Of a stretch of DNA of 58,290 bases, positions 9,304 to 19,095 are shown in pieces. Source of the DNA: Rubrivivax sp. (GTDB lineage Bacteria > Pseudomonadota > Gammaproteobacteria > Burkholderiales > Burkholderiaceae_C); NCBI GenBank assembly GCA_044506225.1, contig JBIQKU010000001.1, forward strand, positions 1 to 58,290, in the 5' to 3' direction. The notes beneath the pieces are model-generated. The model did no database searches, was not told the origin of the DNA, and was given only the letters and a program-made list of their open reading frames with translations. The stretch's first letter is position 1, and each line of letters starts with the position of its first letter. A program made the translations under genes and the position numbers.

Positions 9304-9720
9304 ATGAAGACCACCAGCTACTACCCCGTGATCGCCACCCGTGACGTGGCCGGCACCGCGGCGTTCTACCGCCACCACTTCGGATTTCGCCCGCTGTTCG
9401 AGGCCGACTGGTACGTGCACCTGCAGGCCGAGGACGACGAGGCGGTGAACCTCGCCGTGCTGCAGGCCGGCCACCCGACCATTCCGGCGGCCGCCCGCGA
9501 GGCGACCGCCACCGGCCTGCTGCTGAACTTCGAGGTCGCCGACGTCGATGCCGAATACCGCCGCCTGACACAGGCCGGCCTGCCGATGCAGCTCGAGTTG
9601 CGCGACGAAGCCTTCGGCCAGCGCCATTTCATCGTCGCCGACCCGAACGGCGTGCTGATCGACGTGATCCAGCCGATCCCGCCGTCGGCGGAGTACGCGC
9701 AGCAGTACCTCGGCGGCTGA
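9304..9720 (+). CDS. VOC (glyoxalase/bleomycin-resistance/dioxygenase) family protein
   Basis: ATG 9304 within ORF 9274..9720, preceded by [17 protein letters not shown]...FGF and the [14 protein letters not shown] ending are typical of the VOC fold. Confidence 0.8.
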   Translation: MKTTSYYPVIATRDVAGTAAFYRHHFGFRPLFEADWYVHLQAEDDEAVNLAVLQAGHPTIPAAAREATATGLLLNFEVADVDAEYRRLTQAGLPMQLELRDEAFGQRHFIVADPNGVLIDVIQPIPPSAEYAQQYLGG

Positions 9721-9816
9721 GCACGGCCCTTCGCGCGACGCGTGGCGCGACCACGCAGAAGCCCTGGGGACGGTGCGGGTGTGGTGCCGCGTGCCGCTGT
9801 CGATGACACTGCCCGC

Positions 9817-10701
9817 ATGCACACGCCGGCCCGCCAAAGCCTTCGCCTGTCCGGCGGCACCGAGCTCTCCTTCGTCACCGCCGGAGCGCCGGACGCGCCT
9901 GCCGTGCTGCTGCTGCACGGCTTTCCCAACTCGTCGCGCAGCTTTCGCGGGCTGCTTCCGCTGCTCGCGCCGGTGGCCCGAGTGCTCGCACCGGACCTGC
10001 CGGGCTTCGGTGAATCCGAGCCGCTGCCGGCACCCTCTTTCGCCGCCTTCGCTGCGGCGATCGGCGAGTTGCTGGAGCGGCTGGCGGTCGGGCCGCGGTA
10101 TCTCTACCTGCATGACTTCGGCGCGCCGGTGGCGCTGCATCTCGCGATGCAGGCGCCGGCATTGGTGCGCGGGCTCATCGTGCAGAACGCGAATGCGCAC
10201 GAGAGCGGCCTGGGCCCTGCGTGGGCGGCGACGCGCGAACACTGGTCTCAGCCGAATGCGCACAACACCGCGCAGGCCACCGCCCACCTCACGCCCGACG
10301 GCATGCGCGACCAGTACGTCGCCGGCCTGCCGGCCGAGCTGGCGGCGCGCATGCCGGCGGCGAACTGAGAGGAAGACTGGCGTGTCATGAACCTGCCCGG
10401 GCGCATGGACACGCAGCGCGCGCTGATTGCCGACTACGGGCGCCATGTGGCGCGCTTCGATGCGATCGCCCGCTACCTCGCGCGCTGGCAGCCGCCGGCG
10501 CTGCTGCTGTGGGGGCGGCACGATGCCTTCTTCGAGCTGGCCGAGGTGCTGTCGTGGATGCAGGCCCTGCCGCGCATGGAGGCCCATGTGTTCGACGCCG
10601 GCCATTTCCTGCTGGAGACGCATGCGGCCCAAGCCGCCTCGCTGATGCGCGAGTTCCTCGCGCGCACGACGGCACCGAACGCCCGGCCCGCAGAGGGATG
10701 A
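9817..10701 (+). pseudogene. Alpha/beta hydrolase (epoxide hydrolase/haloalkane dehalogenase-like) interrupted by an in-frame TGA
   Basis: ORFs 9742..10368 and 10387..10701 are in the same frame. The first has HGFPNSS and the nucleophile elbow LHDFGAP; the second has the catalytic His region (FDAGHFLLETH). A single TGA at 10366-10368 separates them. Confidence 0.7.
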
Positions 10702-10757
10702 CGCGCGCGGCGCCCGGGTCTCGAGCCCGACTGCGGCGGCCACTACAGTCCGGTCGC

Positions 10758-12755
10758 ATGCGTTGGCGCCTTCCTTCCCTGAGCCTGCAGAGCACGCTGG
10801 CACTCGCGTGTTCCGCAGCCGTCCTCCTGCTCGTCCTGCTTCTCGCCGCCGTCGGCATGCGGCTGCTGGAGGCCGATCTGCGCTCGAACGCGGAAGCCGG
10901 CCTCGCGGCCATCGTCGAGGCGACAGCGGCCGACGTGGACGAGAAGGTCGCCCAGCGGCTGCAGGTGATCACCGCGGCCGCCGCGGCGCTGCCGGCCGAG
11001 CTGATCGCCGACGAGGCCGCGCTGCAGGCCCATTTCGCGTCGCGCCCGGTGATGCGCAGCTTCTTCGACCTGACGCGGGTGCTCGATGCACAGGGGCGTG
11101 TGGTGCTGAACACCCCGGATGTCACCGGAGCGATCGGCCAATCCCTGGCCGACCGGCCGCATGTGCGGCATGTGCTCGCCACCGGCGAGGCGGTGGTGTC
11201 CGAACCGCTGGCCGGGCGCACCACCCACCAGCCGACCGTCGTGTTCGCCGCGCCGCTGCGCGATGCCGCCGGCCAGGTGCAAGGCGTGCTGACCGGGGCG
11301 ATCATGCTCACGCGAGCCAACTTCCTCGGCTCGCTGGCGAACCACCGCATCGGGCGCAACGGCTACTTCTACATCGCGACCAAGGGCGAGCGGGCCGTGC
11401 TGGCGGTGCATCCGCAGAAGCACCGCATCATGGAGCCGGTGCCCGATGCGGGCCGCAACCCGCACCTGCAGCGCGCGCTCGCCGGCTTCGAGGGCACGGT
11501 GGAAGGCCGCAACAGCCAGGGCCTTCATGCGCTGCACACCTACCGCAGCCTGCGCTCGGTGCCCTGGGTGGTGGCCGGTGTCTACCCGGTGGCCGAAGCC
11601 TTCGCGCCCATCGAGCAGCGCCGCCGGCAGCTCACCACGGCGGCGTTCGCGGTGGCAGCCTTTGCGGGCGTGCTCATCGTGCTGCTGTGCTCCGGCCTGA
11701 TGCGGCCGCTGCGCCACCTGCACCGGCGCATGGTCGATGCGACCAATGGCCGCGGCGAACACCTGGTCACCGTGCGCAGCCGGGCCAGCGACATCGGCGA
11801 CATCGTGCGCGCCTACAACGCGCTGATGCTGCACAAGGATGCAGCCGAGAAACTGCTGCACGACAGCGAGCGCCAGCTGCGTGCCATCGCCGACAACCTG
11901 CCGGTGCTCATCGCCTACATCGACCGTGAGCTCGTCTACCGCTTCGTCAACGCCACCTATGGCGAATGGTTCGGCAAGCCGGTGGCGCAGATCGGGGGCC
12001 GGCCGGTGCAGGCGCTGGTGGGCACGGAGGGCCTGGCCGCGCGCACGGCGCTGTTCGAGCGGGCGCTGCGCGGTGAACGCGTGGACTTTTCCGAGCAGCT
12101 CACGCTGCCGCATCGCACGCGCCATGTGCAGGGCACCTACATCCCCGACCGCGGCGAGGACGGCGAGGTGCAGGGCTTTCACGTGCTCATCGCCGACGTG
12201 ACCGAGGCCAAGGACAACGAGCAGCGCCTGATCGCGCTGGCGCGCCGCGATGCGCTGACGGGCCTGCCGAACCGGCGGCACTTCCAGGAGCGGCTCGATG
12301 AGGCCATGGCCCGCGCGCGCCGGCAGGACCGGCCCATCGCGCTGATGGTGCTGGACATCGACCACTTCAAGCAGATCAACGACCGCCACGGCCATGGCGG
12401 CGGCGACGCGGTGCTCAAGGTGTTTGCCGAGCGGCTGCTTGCTTCGGTGCGCGTGACGGACATGGTGTCGCGCCTGGCCGGCGACGAGTTCACCATCATC
12501 CTGGAAGGCCTGGGCCTGCCCGAGCAGGCGCTCATCGTCGCGCGCAAGATCATCGCGGCGATGGACACACCGGTCGCGCTGCCCGAAGGCCCCGTGCGGT
12601 TGTCGACCAGCATCGGCATCACGGGTTACGACGCCGAGCCGATCTCGTCCGCCGAGCTGTTCGACCGCGCGGATGCGGCGCTGTACGAAGCCAAGCGCGC
12701 CGGGCGCGGGCGCTTCCATTTCGCGCCGCAGGCCGCGACCACGCCGGGGTCCTAG
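10758..12755 (+). CDS. Sensor diguanylate cyclase (TM-Cache-TM-PAS-GGDEF, AGDEF variant)
   Basis: ATG 10758 inside ORF 10221..12755. Two TM segments flank a Cache-like periplasmic domain, followed by PAS (LRAIADNLPVLIAYID) and a GGDEF domain (DALTGLPNRR, LAGDEF). Confidence 0.85.
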   Translation: MRWRLPSLSLQSTLALACSAAVLLLVLLLAAVGMRLLEADLRSNAEAGLAAIVEATAADVDEKVAQRLQVITAAAAALPAELIADEAALQAHFASRPVMRSFFDLTRVLDAQGRVVLNTPDVTGAIGQSLADRPHVRHVLATGEAVVSEPLAGRTTHQPTVVFAAPLRDAAGQVQGVLTGAIMLTRANFLGSLANHRIGRNGYFYIATKGERAVLAVHPQKHRIMEPVPDAGRNPHLQRALAGFEGTVEGRNSQGLHALHTYRSLRSVPWVVAGVYPVAEAFAPIEQRRRQLTTAAFAVAAFAGVLIVLLCSGLMRPLRHLHRRMVDATNGRGEHLVTVRSRASDIGDIVRAYNALMLHKDAAEKLLHDSERQLRAIADNLPVLIAYIDRELVYRFVNATYGEWFGKPVAQIGGRPVQALVGTEGLAARTALFERALRGERVDFSEQLTLPHRTRHVQGTYIPDRGEDGEVQGFHVLIADVTEAKDNEQRLIALARRDALTGLPNRRHFQERLDEAMARARRQDRPIALMVLDIDHFKQINDRHGHGGGDAVLKVFAERLLASVRVTDMVSRLAGDEFTIILEGLGLPEQALIVARKIIAAMDTPVALPEGPVRLSTSIGITGYDAEPISSAELFDRADAALYEAKRAGRGRFHFAPQAATTPGS

Positions 12756-15043
12756 TTCTTCCTGGGGTCGAGATCCTGCACGTCGCCCGCGTCCTTGGGC
12801 ACGGTGGACGGCGGCTCCACCGGCGACACGGGCGGCACCGGCGGCGTCAGCACGGATGCGGTCGCACTCGCGCTCGAGACGGTGAGGAAGGCGAGGTGCG
12901 CCTCGTAGCGCTCGAGCACGTCGTCGATCACCTGCTGGCGTGTCAGGCCCATGAGGTCGTAGCCGCCCGAGCCGGTCTGGGTGAAGACCTCGAGGCGGTA
13001 GTAGACGTCGGTGTCGCGCGTCATGCGGCCGCCGAACATCGGCACCGGCGCCTCGACCACGGCCACCTGGTAGTGGAAGGCGCGGAAATCCGCCATCGCC
13101 ACGCGCAGCAGCGGCTCGTCGACACCGCTCGCGCCGCGCATGCTGCCTTCCTCCACCTCGTAGCCCTGGTTGCGGAATTCGGCGGCCACATCGGCCAGCG
13201 CCGGGCGCACCACGCGGTCGAGGAACTGGCTCACCTGGCGCAGTGTCGGGAAGGCACGCAGCTGCTCGAGCCGCTGCTTCCATGAGCGCTCGGGCACGTG
13301 GCCGCCGATGGGCGCCATGGATCGGCGGTACAGCACCTGGCCCTCGCGCTCGGCGCGCTCCATGCGCAGCACCTTGTAGAAGGAGGCCATCACCAGGTAG
13401 GCAATGATGGTCACCGGCAGGGCGAAGATGAGCGTGGCGTATTCCATCGTCGTCACCCCGCCGGCCAGCAGCATCGCGACCGTGAGCACCGCGGTCAGCA
13501 CGGCCCAGAAGATGCGCAGCCACTTCGGCCCGTCCTGCGACGGATCGGGGATGGAGGCGGAGAAGTTGGACATCACCATCGCCCCCGAGTTGGCGCTGGT
13601 CACGTAGAACAGCAGGCCCGACAGCGTCGCCAGGCCGATGAGGAACATCGGCCCGGGAAAGGTCTCGAGGAGCGCATACCAGCCGCGTTCGGGGCTCGCG
13701 ACGGCGAGCTCGGCGAAATCGCGGTTGCCCTGCAGCACATGGTGCAGCGCCGAATTGCCGAACAGCGAGACGATGATGAAGTCGCACAGCACCGGCGCGG
13801 TGATGGCGGCGATCACGAACTGGCGCAGCGTGCGCCCGCGCGAGATGCGCGCGAGAAAGACGCCGACGAACGGCCCCCACGCCAGCCAGAACGCCCAGAA
13901 GAACAGCGTCCAGCCGCCCATCCAGTCGGCGCCGCCCGGCTCGTAGGCAAAGGTCTGCAGCGTGCGCTCGGGGAAGGTGACGAGAAAGCGGCCGATGTTC
14001 TCCACCAGCGCGTTCAGCAGGAAGGCCGTCTGGCCGGTGACGAGGATGTAGACCATCATCGCCACCGCGCTCCAGAGGTTGAGCTCCGAGATCCAGCGGA
14101 TGCCGCGGTCCACGCCCGAGGTGGTGGCCGCGACAGTGAGCACCACCGCGCCGACCACCAGCGCGATCTGCAGCGCGAGGCCCTGCTCCAGGCCGAAGAT
14201 CAGCGAGAAGCCGACGTTGAGCAGCACCACGCCGATGCCCATGGAGGTGGCCACGCCGAACACCGTGCCCACCAGCGCGATGGTGCTGATGCCATCACCC
14301 AGCGGGCCGCGCACGCGCCGGCCGAGCAGCGGGTACAGCGCGGCGCGGATCGACAGCGGCATGCCCCAGCGGTAGGCGAAGTAGCCCATGGCCATGCCCA
14401 GCAGCGCATACATCGACCAGCCGGCCACGCCGTAATGGAACATCGTCCACACCACCGCATCGCGCATCGCCGCGGGGCTGGCGCCTTCACCCGCCGGCGG
14501 CGACAGGTACTGCACCACCGGCCCGGTGACCGAATAGAACAGCATGTCGATGCCCACGCCCGCGGCGAACAGCATCGCCACCCAGGTCACCAGGCTGTAC
14601 TGCGGGCGCGAATGGTCGGGGCCGAGCCGCACCTCGCCTTCCTTGGAGAACGCCACCCACAGCACGAAGCCGATGACCAGCGTCATCGTCAGCACGTAGT
14701 ACCAGCCGACATTGGTCGCGATCCAGTCCACCGCCGACTTCATCGCCACGCGCGCATCGGCCGGCAGGAAGCTGGCCCAGACGGAGAAGGCCAGGATGAC
14801 GATGGAGGCGCTCACCAGCACCGGCCAGCTGATGCGCGCGGCGCGGTCCTCCAGCAGTTCCTGCGGGCCGCGGCTGAGGTCGCTGCGCGACACCGGCGCG
14901 TCGTCGTCGTCCTGGCGCGCGGGGCGCCGGCTGCTGCCGCCGAAGCGGCTGCGCTCCAGCGGCTGCAGCGGCTTGCCGGGCGGGCGCGCGGATGTGCCGG
15001 GCGCGGCGGCGGCGTCACGGTCCTCAGGGTGGTCGACGGGCAT
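12752..15043 (-). CDS. BCCT family transporter, BetT-like with a long C-terminal cytoplasmic domain
   Basis: ORF 12752..15043 (763 aa). 12-helix core with BCCT blocks (GWTLFFWAFWLAWGPFVGVFLARISRGRT). Its stop overlaps the convergent cyclase stop. Confidence 0.85.
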   Translation of the reverse strand: MPVDHPEDRDAAAAPGTSARPPGKPLQPLERSRFGGSSRRPARQDDDDAPVSRSDLSRGPQELLEDRAARISWPVLVSASIVILAFSVWASFLPADARVAMKSAVDWIATNVGWYYVLTMTLVIGFVLWVAFSKEGEVRLGPDHSRPQYSLVTWVAMLFAAGVGIDMLFYSVTGPVVQYLSPPAGEGASPAAMRDAVVWTMFHYGVAGWSMYALLGMAMGYFAYRWGMPLSIRAALYPLLGRRVRGPLGDGISTIALVGTVFGVATSMGIGVVLLNVGFSLIFGLEQGLALQIALVVGAVVLTVAATTSGVDRGIRWISELNLWSAVAMMVYILVTGQTAFLLNALVENIGRFLVTFPERTLQTFAYEPGGADWMGGWTLFFWAFWLAWGPFVGVFLARISRGRTLRQFVIAAITAPVLCDFIIVSLFGNSALHHVLQGNRDFAELAVASPERGWYALLETFPGPMFLIGLATLSGLLFYVTSANSGAMVMSNFSASIPDPSQDGPKWLRIFWAVLTAVLTVAMLLAGGVTTMEYATLIFALPVTIIAYLVMASFYKVLRMERAEREGQVLYRRSMAPIGGHVPERSWKQRLEQLRAFPTLRQVSQFLDRVVRPALADVAAEFRNQGYEVEEGSMRGASGVDEPLLRVAMADFRAFHYQVAVVEAPVPMFGGRMTRDTDVYYRLEVFTQTGSGGYDLMGLTRQQVIDDVLERYEAHLAFLTVSSASATASVLTPPVPPVSPVEPPSTVPKDAGDVQDLDPRKN

Positions 15044-15163
15044 CGGCGGGCTCCTTCATCGGAGCTGGTCGGCTCGCGCCCGCCGATCAGGCCGCGTCGT
15101 CGCTTGCTTCCGGTGACGCGGCATTGTTGACGAAACCGCACGACCTCGCGCGGCCGCCGTGAC

Positions 15164-16024
15164 CTACATGTTGGTCTGCTCGGGCGGCACCGCGTCCGGC
15201 AGCGATTGCCCGTCCGCCGCGTTCGCATGCGTCGATGGCACGGTCATGCCCAGCGTGTAACTGGTCATGCTCAGCGAGCCGAGCGCACGCCCTTCGGCAA
15301 AGGGCTGGGCCACCTCGCCGGCGGCCTGGCAAAGCCCGGCGAAATACGCCAGCGGCAGGAAGTGCTCGGGGGTGGGCACGGCGCGCGCGTAGTCGGGCAG
15401 TGCCTCCACCGAGGACAAGCTGGCGGGCGCGGTGGTCATCAGCTCGCGCACCTCGGTGTCGAAACGATCGGCCCAGTCGAAGCCCTCTTCGCCGCGTTTC
15501 CAGTCGATCAGCCGCAGGTTGTGCACCACGTTGCCGCTGCCGAGGATGAAGACGCCGCGCTCGCGCAGCGGTGCAAGCCGCGCGCCGAGGTCGAGGTGGT
15601 ACGCGAGCGGCGCGCCGGCATGGACGGACAGCTGCAGCACCGGCACGTCGGCTTCGGGAAAGACATGCGCCAGCACCGACCAGGTGCCGTGGTCCAGGCC
15701 CCAGCTGCCCTGGTCGAGGCCGACGTAGGACGGGGCCAGCGTGTCCACCACCTCCTGCGCCACCTCGGGGCTGCCCGGCGCCGGGTAGTCGAAATCGAAC
15801 AGCTGCTTCGGAAAGCCGTAGAAGTCGTGGATCACGCGCGGCTGGGCCATCGCCGTCACCGCCGTGCCCTGGATGAACCAGTGCGCCGAGATGGCGAGCA
15901 CCGCACGCGGGCGCGGCAGCGCCTGGCCGAGGGCGCGCCAGGTGCGGGTGAAGCCGTTGATCTCGAGCGTGTTCATCGGCGAGCCATGGCCGATGAAGGC
16001 GGCGGGCATGCGGGTGTCGGTCAT
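15164..16024 (-). CDS. ygiD: 4,5-DOPA dioxygenase extradiol (class III extradiol dioxygenase, YgiD-like)
   Basis: ORF 15164..16024 (286 aa). MPAAFIGHGSPMN, ISAHW and GSGNVVHNL motifs. Confidence 0.85.
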   Translation of the reverse strand: MTDTRMPAAFIGHGSPMNTLEINGFTRTWRALGQALPRPRAVLAISAHWFIQGTAVTAMAQPRVIHDFYGFPKQLFDFDYPAPGSPEVAQEVVDTLAPSYVGLDQGSWGLDHGTWSVLAHVFPEADVPVLQLSVHAGAPLAYHLDLGARLAPLRERGVFILGSGNVVHNLRLIDWKRGEEGFDWADRFDTEVRELMTTAPASLSSVEALPDYARAVPTPEHFLPLAYFAGLCQAAGEVAQPFAEGRALGSLSMTSYTLGMTVPSTHANAADGQSLPDAVPPEQTNM

Positions 16025-16059
16025 GGCGGTCTCTCCTCGGACAAGGGACGGGGGACGAA

Positions 16060-16881
16060 TCAGGCGATCACCGCGAGGATCACGCTCGACGCCTTGAACA
16101 CGGCGGTGGCGCGCACGCCGGGCGCGAGCCCCAGGGCGGCGACGCTGGCCTGGGTGACGGTCGCGACGATGTGTTCGCCGCCGTCGACGTCGAGGATCAC
16201 CTCGGCATTCACCGCGCCGGGCGTGACCGCGCTGACCGTGCCGGCCAGGGCGTTGCGGGCCGACAGCTTCGCGTCGCCGAGCTCGGTCGCAACGATCACC
16301 GCTGCGGACGGCACCAGCGCGAAGGCCTGCAGGTGCAGGCGCAGGCCGAGTGCGGTGGCGCTGTCGCGGGTGATGATGGCGACGATGCGCGCCCCGCCCG
16401 GCAGCCTGAGCTCCACCTCGTCGTTCACCGCGCCCGAGCGCACCGCGCTCACGGTCCCGAGGAACTGGTTGCGGGCACTGGTCTTCATGTTGAGCAGCCG
16501 AAGCGGCGAGATGTCGTGCGCGGCGTCGATCGCTTCGTCGTCCAGCAGCTTGACGAAGCGTTCGTGGATCGCGCTCATCGTATCGAAGCGCTGGATCAGG
16601 CGTTCGCCGCGTGGGGTCAGGCGGGTGGAGCCGCCGCCGCGCCCGCCGGTGGTGCGCTGCACCAGCGGCTCGCCGACGCGCTGGTTCATGGTCTCCACCG
16701 CGTCCCAGGCGGCGCGGTAGCTCAGGCCGACGGCCTTGGCGGCCTGTGTGATCGAGCCGTGCTCCGCGATGGCCCGCAGCAGGCCGATGCGGCCGTGCCC
16801 GCCCAGGCTTTCACCGCCGGCGGTGATCCACAGCGCGCCCCTGAGTTCGAGCCGGTCGTGCTTCGGTCGCCGCGGCGGCAT
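16060..16881 (-). CDS. modE: Molybdate-responsive transcriptional regulator ModE (HTH plus two Mop/TOBE domains)
   Basis: ORF 16060..17013 trimmed to MPPRRPK (16881). GSITQAAKAVGLSYRAAWD HTH, and two SARNQ/SARNA...G.V repeats. Confidence 0.85.
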   Translation of the reverse strand: MPPRRPKHDRLELRGALWITAGGESLGGHGRIGLLRAIAEHGSITQAAKAVGLSYRAAWDAVETMNQRVGEPLVQRTTGGRGGGSTRLTPRGERLIQRFDTMSAIHERFVKLLDDEAIDAAHDISPLRLLNMKTSARNQFLGTVSAVRSGAVNDEVELRLPGGARIVAIITRDSATALGLRLHLQAFALVPSAAVIVATELGDAKLSARNALAGTVSAVTPGAVNAEVILDVDGGEHIVATVTQASVAALGLAPGVRATAVFKASSVILAVIA

Positions 16882-16903
16882 GGATGCTTTGGAACTGGGT
16901 CGC

Positions 16904-17614
16904 TCAGGCCAGGGCCGGCGCGGGGTCTTCCTGCACCGGCGCCGCGTCGACCACCCGCCCATCGCGCAGCTGCACCACCTCGTCGGCGAGCAGGCGCACG
17001 TCGGCCTCGTCATGCGTGATGAGCAGCATCGGCACGCCGAGCTGCGATTGCACCTGCGCCAGCTCCGCGCGCAGGCGCTCGCGCAGGTGGGCGTCGAGTG
17101 CGGCGAAAGGTTCGTCGAGCAGCAGCGCCGTCGGCTCGGTGACGAGTGCGCGTGCGAGCGCCGTGCGCTGGCGCTGGCCGCCGGAGATCTGCGCCGGGAA
17201 GTGGTCGGCCACGGCGGCGAGCTGGAAGACCCCGAGCCAGTGCTCGACCCGCGGGTCGCTGCGGCGCGCGCCAGGGTTGCGCCAGCCGCTGCTCAGCGCG
17301 AAGGCGATGTTCTGCCGCACCGTGAGGTGCGGAAACAGCGCGTAGTCCTGGAACACATAGGCCAGACGCCGCGCCTGCGGCGCCAGGTTCACGCCGCAGG
17401 CCGCGTCGAACAGCGTGCGCCCGCCGAGCCGCACATGGCCGCGGTCGGGGCGCACCAGGCCGGCAATCATCTTCAGCGTCTGGCTCTTGCCGGCCCCCGA
17501 CGGCCCGAACAGCACCAGCCGCGGCGCCGCGCTTCGCAGCGACAGCTGCAGCTCGAAGCGCGAGGCGCCGTGCTGCAGCCGCTTGGCGAGTTGCAGGTCC
17601 CAGATCATTCGCAA
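16904..17614 (-). CDS. modC: Molybdate ABC transporter ATP-binding protein (short form without C-terminal TOBE)
   Basis: ORF 16904..17614. Walker A GPSGAGKS, signature ISGGQRQR, Walker B LLLDEP. Sits downstream of modAB. Confidence 0.85.
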   Translation of the reverse strand: MRMIWDLQLAKRLQHGASRFELQLSLRSAAPRLVLFGPSGAGKSQTLKMIAGLVRPDRGHVRLGGRTLFDAACGVNLAPQARRLAYVFQDYALFPHLTVRQNIAFALSSGWRNPGARRSDPRVEHWLGVFQLAAVADHFPAQISGGQRQRTALARALVTEPTALLLDEPFAALDAHLRERLRAELAQVQSQLGVPMLLITHDEADVRLLADEVVQLRDGRVVDAAPVQEDPAPALA

Positions 17615-17630
17615 GCCTTTCGACAGAACG

Positions 17631-18305
17631 TCAGTGCCGCTGCGGCACCCGCCCCGGCACCAGCCGGCCGGCGGCCAGCAGCACCGCGATGCAGGTGACG
17701 GAGGTCACCGCAACGAGGAAGTTGGCGGTGTCGTCCTGGCCGGCCTGCACCGCTTCGTACACCGCGATGGACAGCGTCTGCGTCTGGCCGGGGATGCTGC
17801 CGGCCACCATCAGCGTGGCGCCAAACTCGCCGGTCGCCCGTGCGAACGACAGCAGCAGCCCCGCCAGGATGCCGCGCCAGGCGAGCGGCAGCGAGACACG
17901 AAAGAACACCGAGATCTCGCGCACCCCGAGCAGGCGTGCGGCTTCCTCGAGCTGCGGATCCACCGTCTCGAAGGCCGCACGTGCCGCCTTGAACACCAGC
18001 GGGAAGGCGACCACCGTCGCCGCGATCACCGCCGCCTGCCAAGTGAAGATGAGCCGCAGGCCGAACTGCTGGTCCAGCCAGGCGCCGAGCGGCCCGTGCG
18101 AGCCGAGCAGCACCAGCAGGTAGTAACCGAGCACGGTGGGCGGCATCACCATCGGCAGGGTGAGCAGCGCGTCCAGCAGCTCGCGCCCCGGAAAGCGCAG
18201 GCGCGCCATCGCATAACCGGCGCCGATGCCCAGCAGCAGGTTCAGCGCCGTCGCCCAGCCGGCGACCTTGAGCGTGAGCGCGAGTGCGATCCATGCGTCG
18301 CCCAT
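17631..18305 (-). CDS. modB: Molybdate ABC transporter permease
   Basis: ORF 17631..18305 (224 aa). Five to six helices and an EAA-like loop (LEEAARLLG). Confidence 0.85.
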   Translation of the reverse strand: MGDAWIALALTLKVAGWATALNLLLGIGAGYAMARLRFPGRELLDALLTLPMVMPPTVLGYYLLVLLGSHGPLGAWLDQQFGLRLIFTWQAAVIAATVVAFPLVFKAARAAFETVDPQLEEAARLLGVREISVFFRVSLPLAWRGILAGLLLSFARATGEFGATLMVAGSIPGQTQTLSIAVYEAVQAGQDDTANFLVAVTSVTCIAVLLAAGRLVPGRVPQRH

Positions 18306-18311
18306 GCCGGC

Positions 18312-19067
18312 TCACGGCTGACGGAAGCCGTGCTTCGCGAACACCGCCTGCGCCGCCGGCGCGAAGAGGAAGTCGACGAAGCGCGCGGCAGCCGCGGCGT
18401 TGGGGCTGGCCGCGAGCACGGCCACCGGGTAGACGATGGGCGTGGCCGTGGGCACGGTCAGCGCCACCTTGACCTTGGCCGGCATCAGCGCCGCATCGGT
18501 GGCGTAGACGAAGGCGGCATCGACCTCGCCGCGCGCCACATAGTCCAGCGCCTGGCGCACGTGGTGCGCGCCGACGATCTTGGGTGCCAGCGCGGCCCAG
18601 AGGCCGGCCTGCTCGAGGGCCTCGCGGGTGTAGCGCCCCGCCGGCACGCTGGCCGGCAGGCCGATGGCGATGCGCCGGTAGTCGGCCTGCGCCAGCGTGT
18701 CCAGCGCCGCCGGCATGCGCGGGCTGGCGGCCGGCACGACGACCACCAGGGTGTTGGCGAGCACATCGCGCCGCGCCGCGGGCTTCACGAAGCCCCGGGC
18801 CTGCGCCTGGTCCATGGTGTGGGGGTCGGCGCTTGCGAACACGTCCACCGGTGCGCCCTTGTCGATCTGCTGCATCAGCGCGCCGGAGGCGGCGAAGTTC
18901 AGCCGCAGCGTCGTGCCCGGCTGCGCCGCCTGGAACAGCGGCGCGATCTCGCGCAAGGCATGGGTGAGGCTTGCGGCGGCCGAGACCGTGAGCTCCGCCG
19001 CCGACGCGCCGAGGCTGATCCCCAGGGCCAGGGCAAGGGCGGGCAGGCGGCGCAGGAGCGGGCTCAT
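18312..19067 (-). CDS. modA: Molybdate ABC transporter periplasmic binding protein
   Basis: ORF 18312..19067 (251 aa). Signal peptide, then VSAAASL and FASAD motifs typical of ModA. Confidence 0.85.
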   Translation of the reverse strand: MSPLLRRLPALALALGISLGASAAELTVSAAASLTHALREIAPLFQAAQPGTTLRLNFAASGALMQQIDKGAPVDVFASADPHTMDQAQARGFVKPAARRDVLANTLVVVVPAASPRMPAALDTLAQADYRRIAIGLPASVPAGRYTREALEQAGLWAALAPKIVGAHHVRQALDYVARGEVDAAFVYATDAALMPAKVKVALTVPTATPIVYPVAVLAASPNAAAAARFVDFLFAPAAQAVFAKHGFRQP

Positions 19068-19095
19068 CGAGGACGGGCGGTCGGGTGCGGACTCA

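Noticed and set aside
10221-10757. N-terminal 179-codon extension of the cyclase ORF overlapping the hydrolase gene
   Set aside because: The extension is Arg/Ala-rich and out of frame with the hydrolase homology. The signal-anchor sequence MRWRLPSLSL at 10758 is the natural start.
10743-13880. 1045-aa minus-strand ORF spanning the diguanylate cyclase and part of the BCCT gene
   Set aside because: It is antisense or out of frame to two well-supported genes, has Arg/Ala/Gly-rich composition and carries no motifs.
13298-15130. 610-aa plus-strand ORF opposite the BCCT transporter
   Set aside because: Same artefact class (His/Arg/Asp/Gln-rich). The BCCT reading frame carries the recognisable transporter blocks.
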